Assembly (NCBI GenBank): GCA_050230475.1
Contig: JBFLGF010000036.1
Span: forward strand, 62,001 to 99,668
Length of the DNA: 37,668 nucleotides
From: Ancylonema sp.
Taxonomy: Eukaryota
Direction of reading: 5' to 3'
Below are positions 35,604-37,668 of the stretch, one piece after another (within the stretch, counting starts at the first letter, position 1; each line of letters starts with the position of its first letter). The translations under genes were made by a program, and so were the position numbers. Below the pieces are notes generated by a model that did no database searches, was not told the DNA's origin, and saw only the letters and a list, made by a program, of their open reading frames with translations.

Positions 35604-37035
35604 CCCCAGGGGCTGGGAGTTGTGGGCTACTTGTCCAACCATCGTGCCATGTCACCAAGAGTTGGGGGAGCCATCCATCGGGTCCCGCATAGAATGAATA
35701 TCTCTCCAGGCGACTTGCATTGATGTTCTTCCGAAACCACCTTCATTATGTGAAAGGAATTGCTTTGATTGGGTGTCAAGGGTGGGCAGATGGCTTGCAT
35801 TTCGCAGTGATGTCACTTTGACACTTTGACACTTTGAGGGTGATATATATATTAAGAAGAGTAAATGCTTGTGAGACGTAAAAGTGGCGAGGCCGAGTTG
35901 ATTGAAGATGATAGAGTTATCGAAAAAGGCGACGGTAGTGTTCTTCCAAACTTCTCAAGACTAGAAGGTCTTCAGTTTGCAACTTTTGATTTCACGTTGG
36001 GAATCTTGGTGGTAGATAATTGATAGGAGGGTGAAATGGTGTTTCGAATCTTTTTTGTTTGGGTCATGCGTCGTTGTACTAGATAAGTCTTTGTAGTACC
36101 TCTACATAACATTGAGTTACTCAACATCCTAATTCTGATGTAATGAAGTGGATATGAGAATGCAATTCATGTCTCCTGTCCTCTTCATTGCGCAGACCGA
36201 AAATTGATAAATATCCACGTAGCCATAAATAAAGATGAGGAATTCAAATACCCCCAATTTCCACTCCGTCCTGTCCCAACAAAATACACACCTGCATAGA
36301 AATTTAATTCCTCATTTGCAATTTCGTCAACGAATGAACAATGTTGCTAAACAAACAAAAAAATCATGACACCTAAATTTGTATTTTTTTCCCATCAACA
36401 TGTTTCTGAATGGTTGAGATGGGGGTGATTTATGATGTAGAAAACAGAAGTTAACGAAGGCTTAGAAATTTCCACCGGATTTGACCGTAGTTGGGCCCTT
36501 GTTGGAGTATTACTGGCTCTCAGGAACTAGCCGATCAGGTCATACACTGATGCGTGTGCTAAACGGGTTTGAACAAAATCGATACACATGCTCAACAATT
36601 TGTTACCGGCTAAAAACGGGATGTATTCAGAACTTGAACATGGTGTGGTCTGGGATGCTGTGCCAGATACATACATGCTTGAATTCGTTTTTACACGACT
36701 TGCGTTTCTGTGTGTGAGTCGATGCTTGAGGTTATTGTTTATGTGTGATCAGCTCATGTTCGACACGGCCAACACAATTGTTTGTCCCCACCGCACGTCT
36801 CCCACCTATGACCTATGACCTTGCCGACATTGTATACCCACGTACATGCATTCTGTGCATATTTTAAAGCCAAAGGTTACTTCTCAACCATCCCACAAGG
36901 CTGAAGGGCCCCTCATAGCGGTTGGGATGGGGAGTGTCGACAGATTGCCACATAGGACTCGGGTCGAGAGTTGGGGGATGAAAAACAATCATTCGAGGGT
37001 GTGGGCCCACGCCAGACCCACCTTCCCAGGTCTAC

Positions 37036-37657
37036 CTACTTTCCCCTCCCAGGCCTACTGCCTCCGGCCCCCCTTGGTTTGGCCCCCCTCCCTCTCCCTG
37101 CAGAAGACGACCCCCTTGCAGCCCCACCCCGCTCCATCCGAGCCACCCCTCTGGTCCCTCTCCCCACCCCCTCCCCTGCCATCCCCCTACCTCCCCCCCC
37201 CCCCACCTTAGCTGCCCCCCTGGATACGCTCACTGCCCCTCCCCTCACAGCTGCCCCCCTACCCCTCGCCGCCGCCCCCCCCCTCATGCCACCACCCCCC
37301 CTACTCGGGGCAGAGGTGCCTGTTCGAGAGAAGCCCCCTCTTCTGGCGGCCCTCTCGCCCACCCGCCGCTTCTCCTCGGACTCGCGTTTGCGCACGCCCT
37401 CCAACTTCTCGCGGTCGGCACTCAGGTTCTCGAGGGAAAGCCCTTTCTTGATGGCTTCCTCGATTTGCGTCGCCAGAAAGTGGTCCCGCTTCGTAACCAG
37501 ACTCGTGATTTTCCCTGAAAAAGGTTTCGACAGTGTTCCCACAATTCTTTGAGAGATGGGAGTAATGATGACGAAACAAATGAATGAGGGAGGGGATGGG
37601 AGTCCCACCTGTGGCCCCTGCGCGGGCAGTCCTCCCCGTTCTATGCAAGTAATCGAT
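37036..37657 (-). CDS. RH39: DEAD-box RNA helicase, RH39-like, last two exons; gene continues beyond the window
   Basis: Exon 37657-37609 IDYLHRTGRTARAGAT (motif VI); exon 37514-37036 GKITSLVTKRDHFLATQIEEAIKKGLSLENL followed by an RGG-rich tail. Confidence 0.75.
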
Positions 37658-37668
37658 CTGCATCCCCC

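Overview
Eukaryotic, intron-rich window, most likely from a streptophyte alga or early-diverging land plant (inferred from WOX, TBL, RH39-like and CAH3-like genes occurring together). In order it holds: a ~4.4 kb tandem duplication carrying two ZCCHC8-like genes and a 3' fragment of the neighbouring gene; an intact CAH3-like thylakoid-lumen alpha-carbonic anhydrase (-); a TBL/PC-esterase O-acetyltransferase (+); a (TA)n-bounded repeat; a ~3 kb tandem duplication with two WOX homeobox genes; and a ~14-exon gene with signal peptide, Nahoda/LPMO-like N-terminal domain, EGF repeats, two DOMON domains and cytochrome b561. Exon 2 of that gene is split by a non-autonomous Copia element whose integrase/RT core is replaced by an Ala/Pro-rich repeat. 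The window ends in the 3' part of an RH39-like DEAD-box helicase (-). Gene models were built by hand from splice signals and remembered family motifs. No searches were run.
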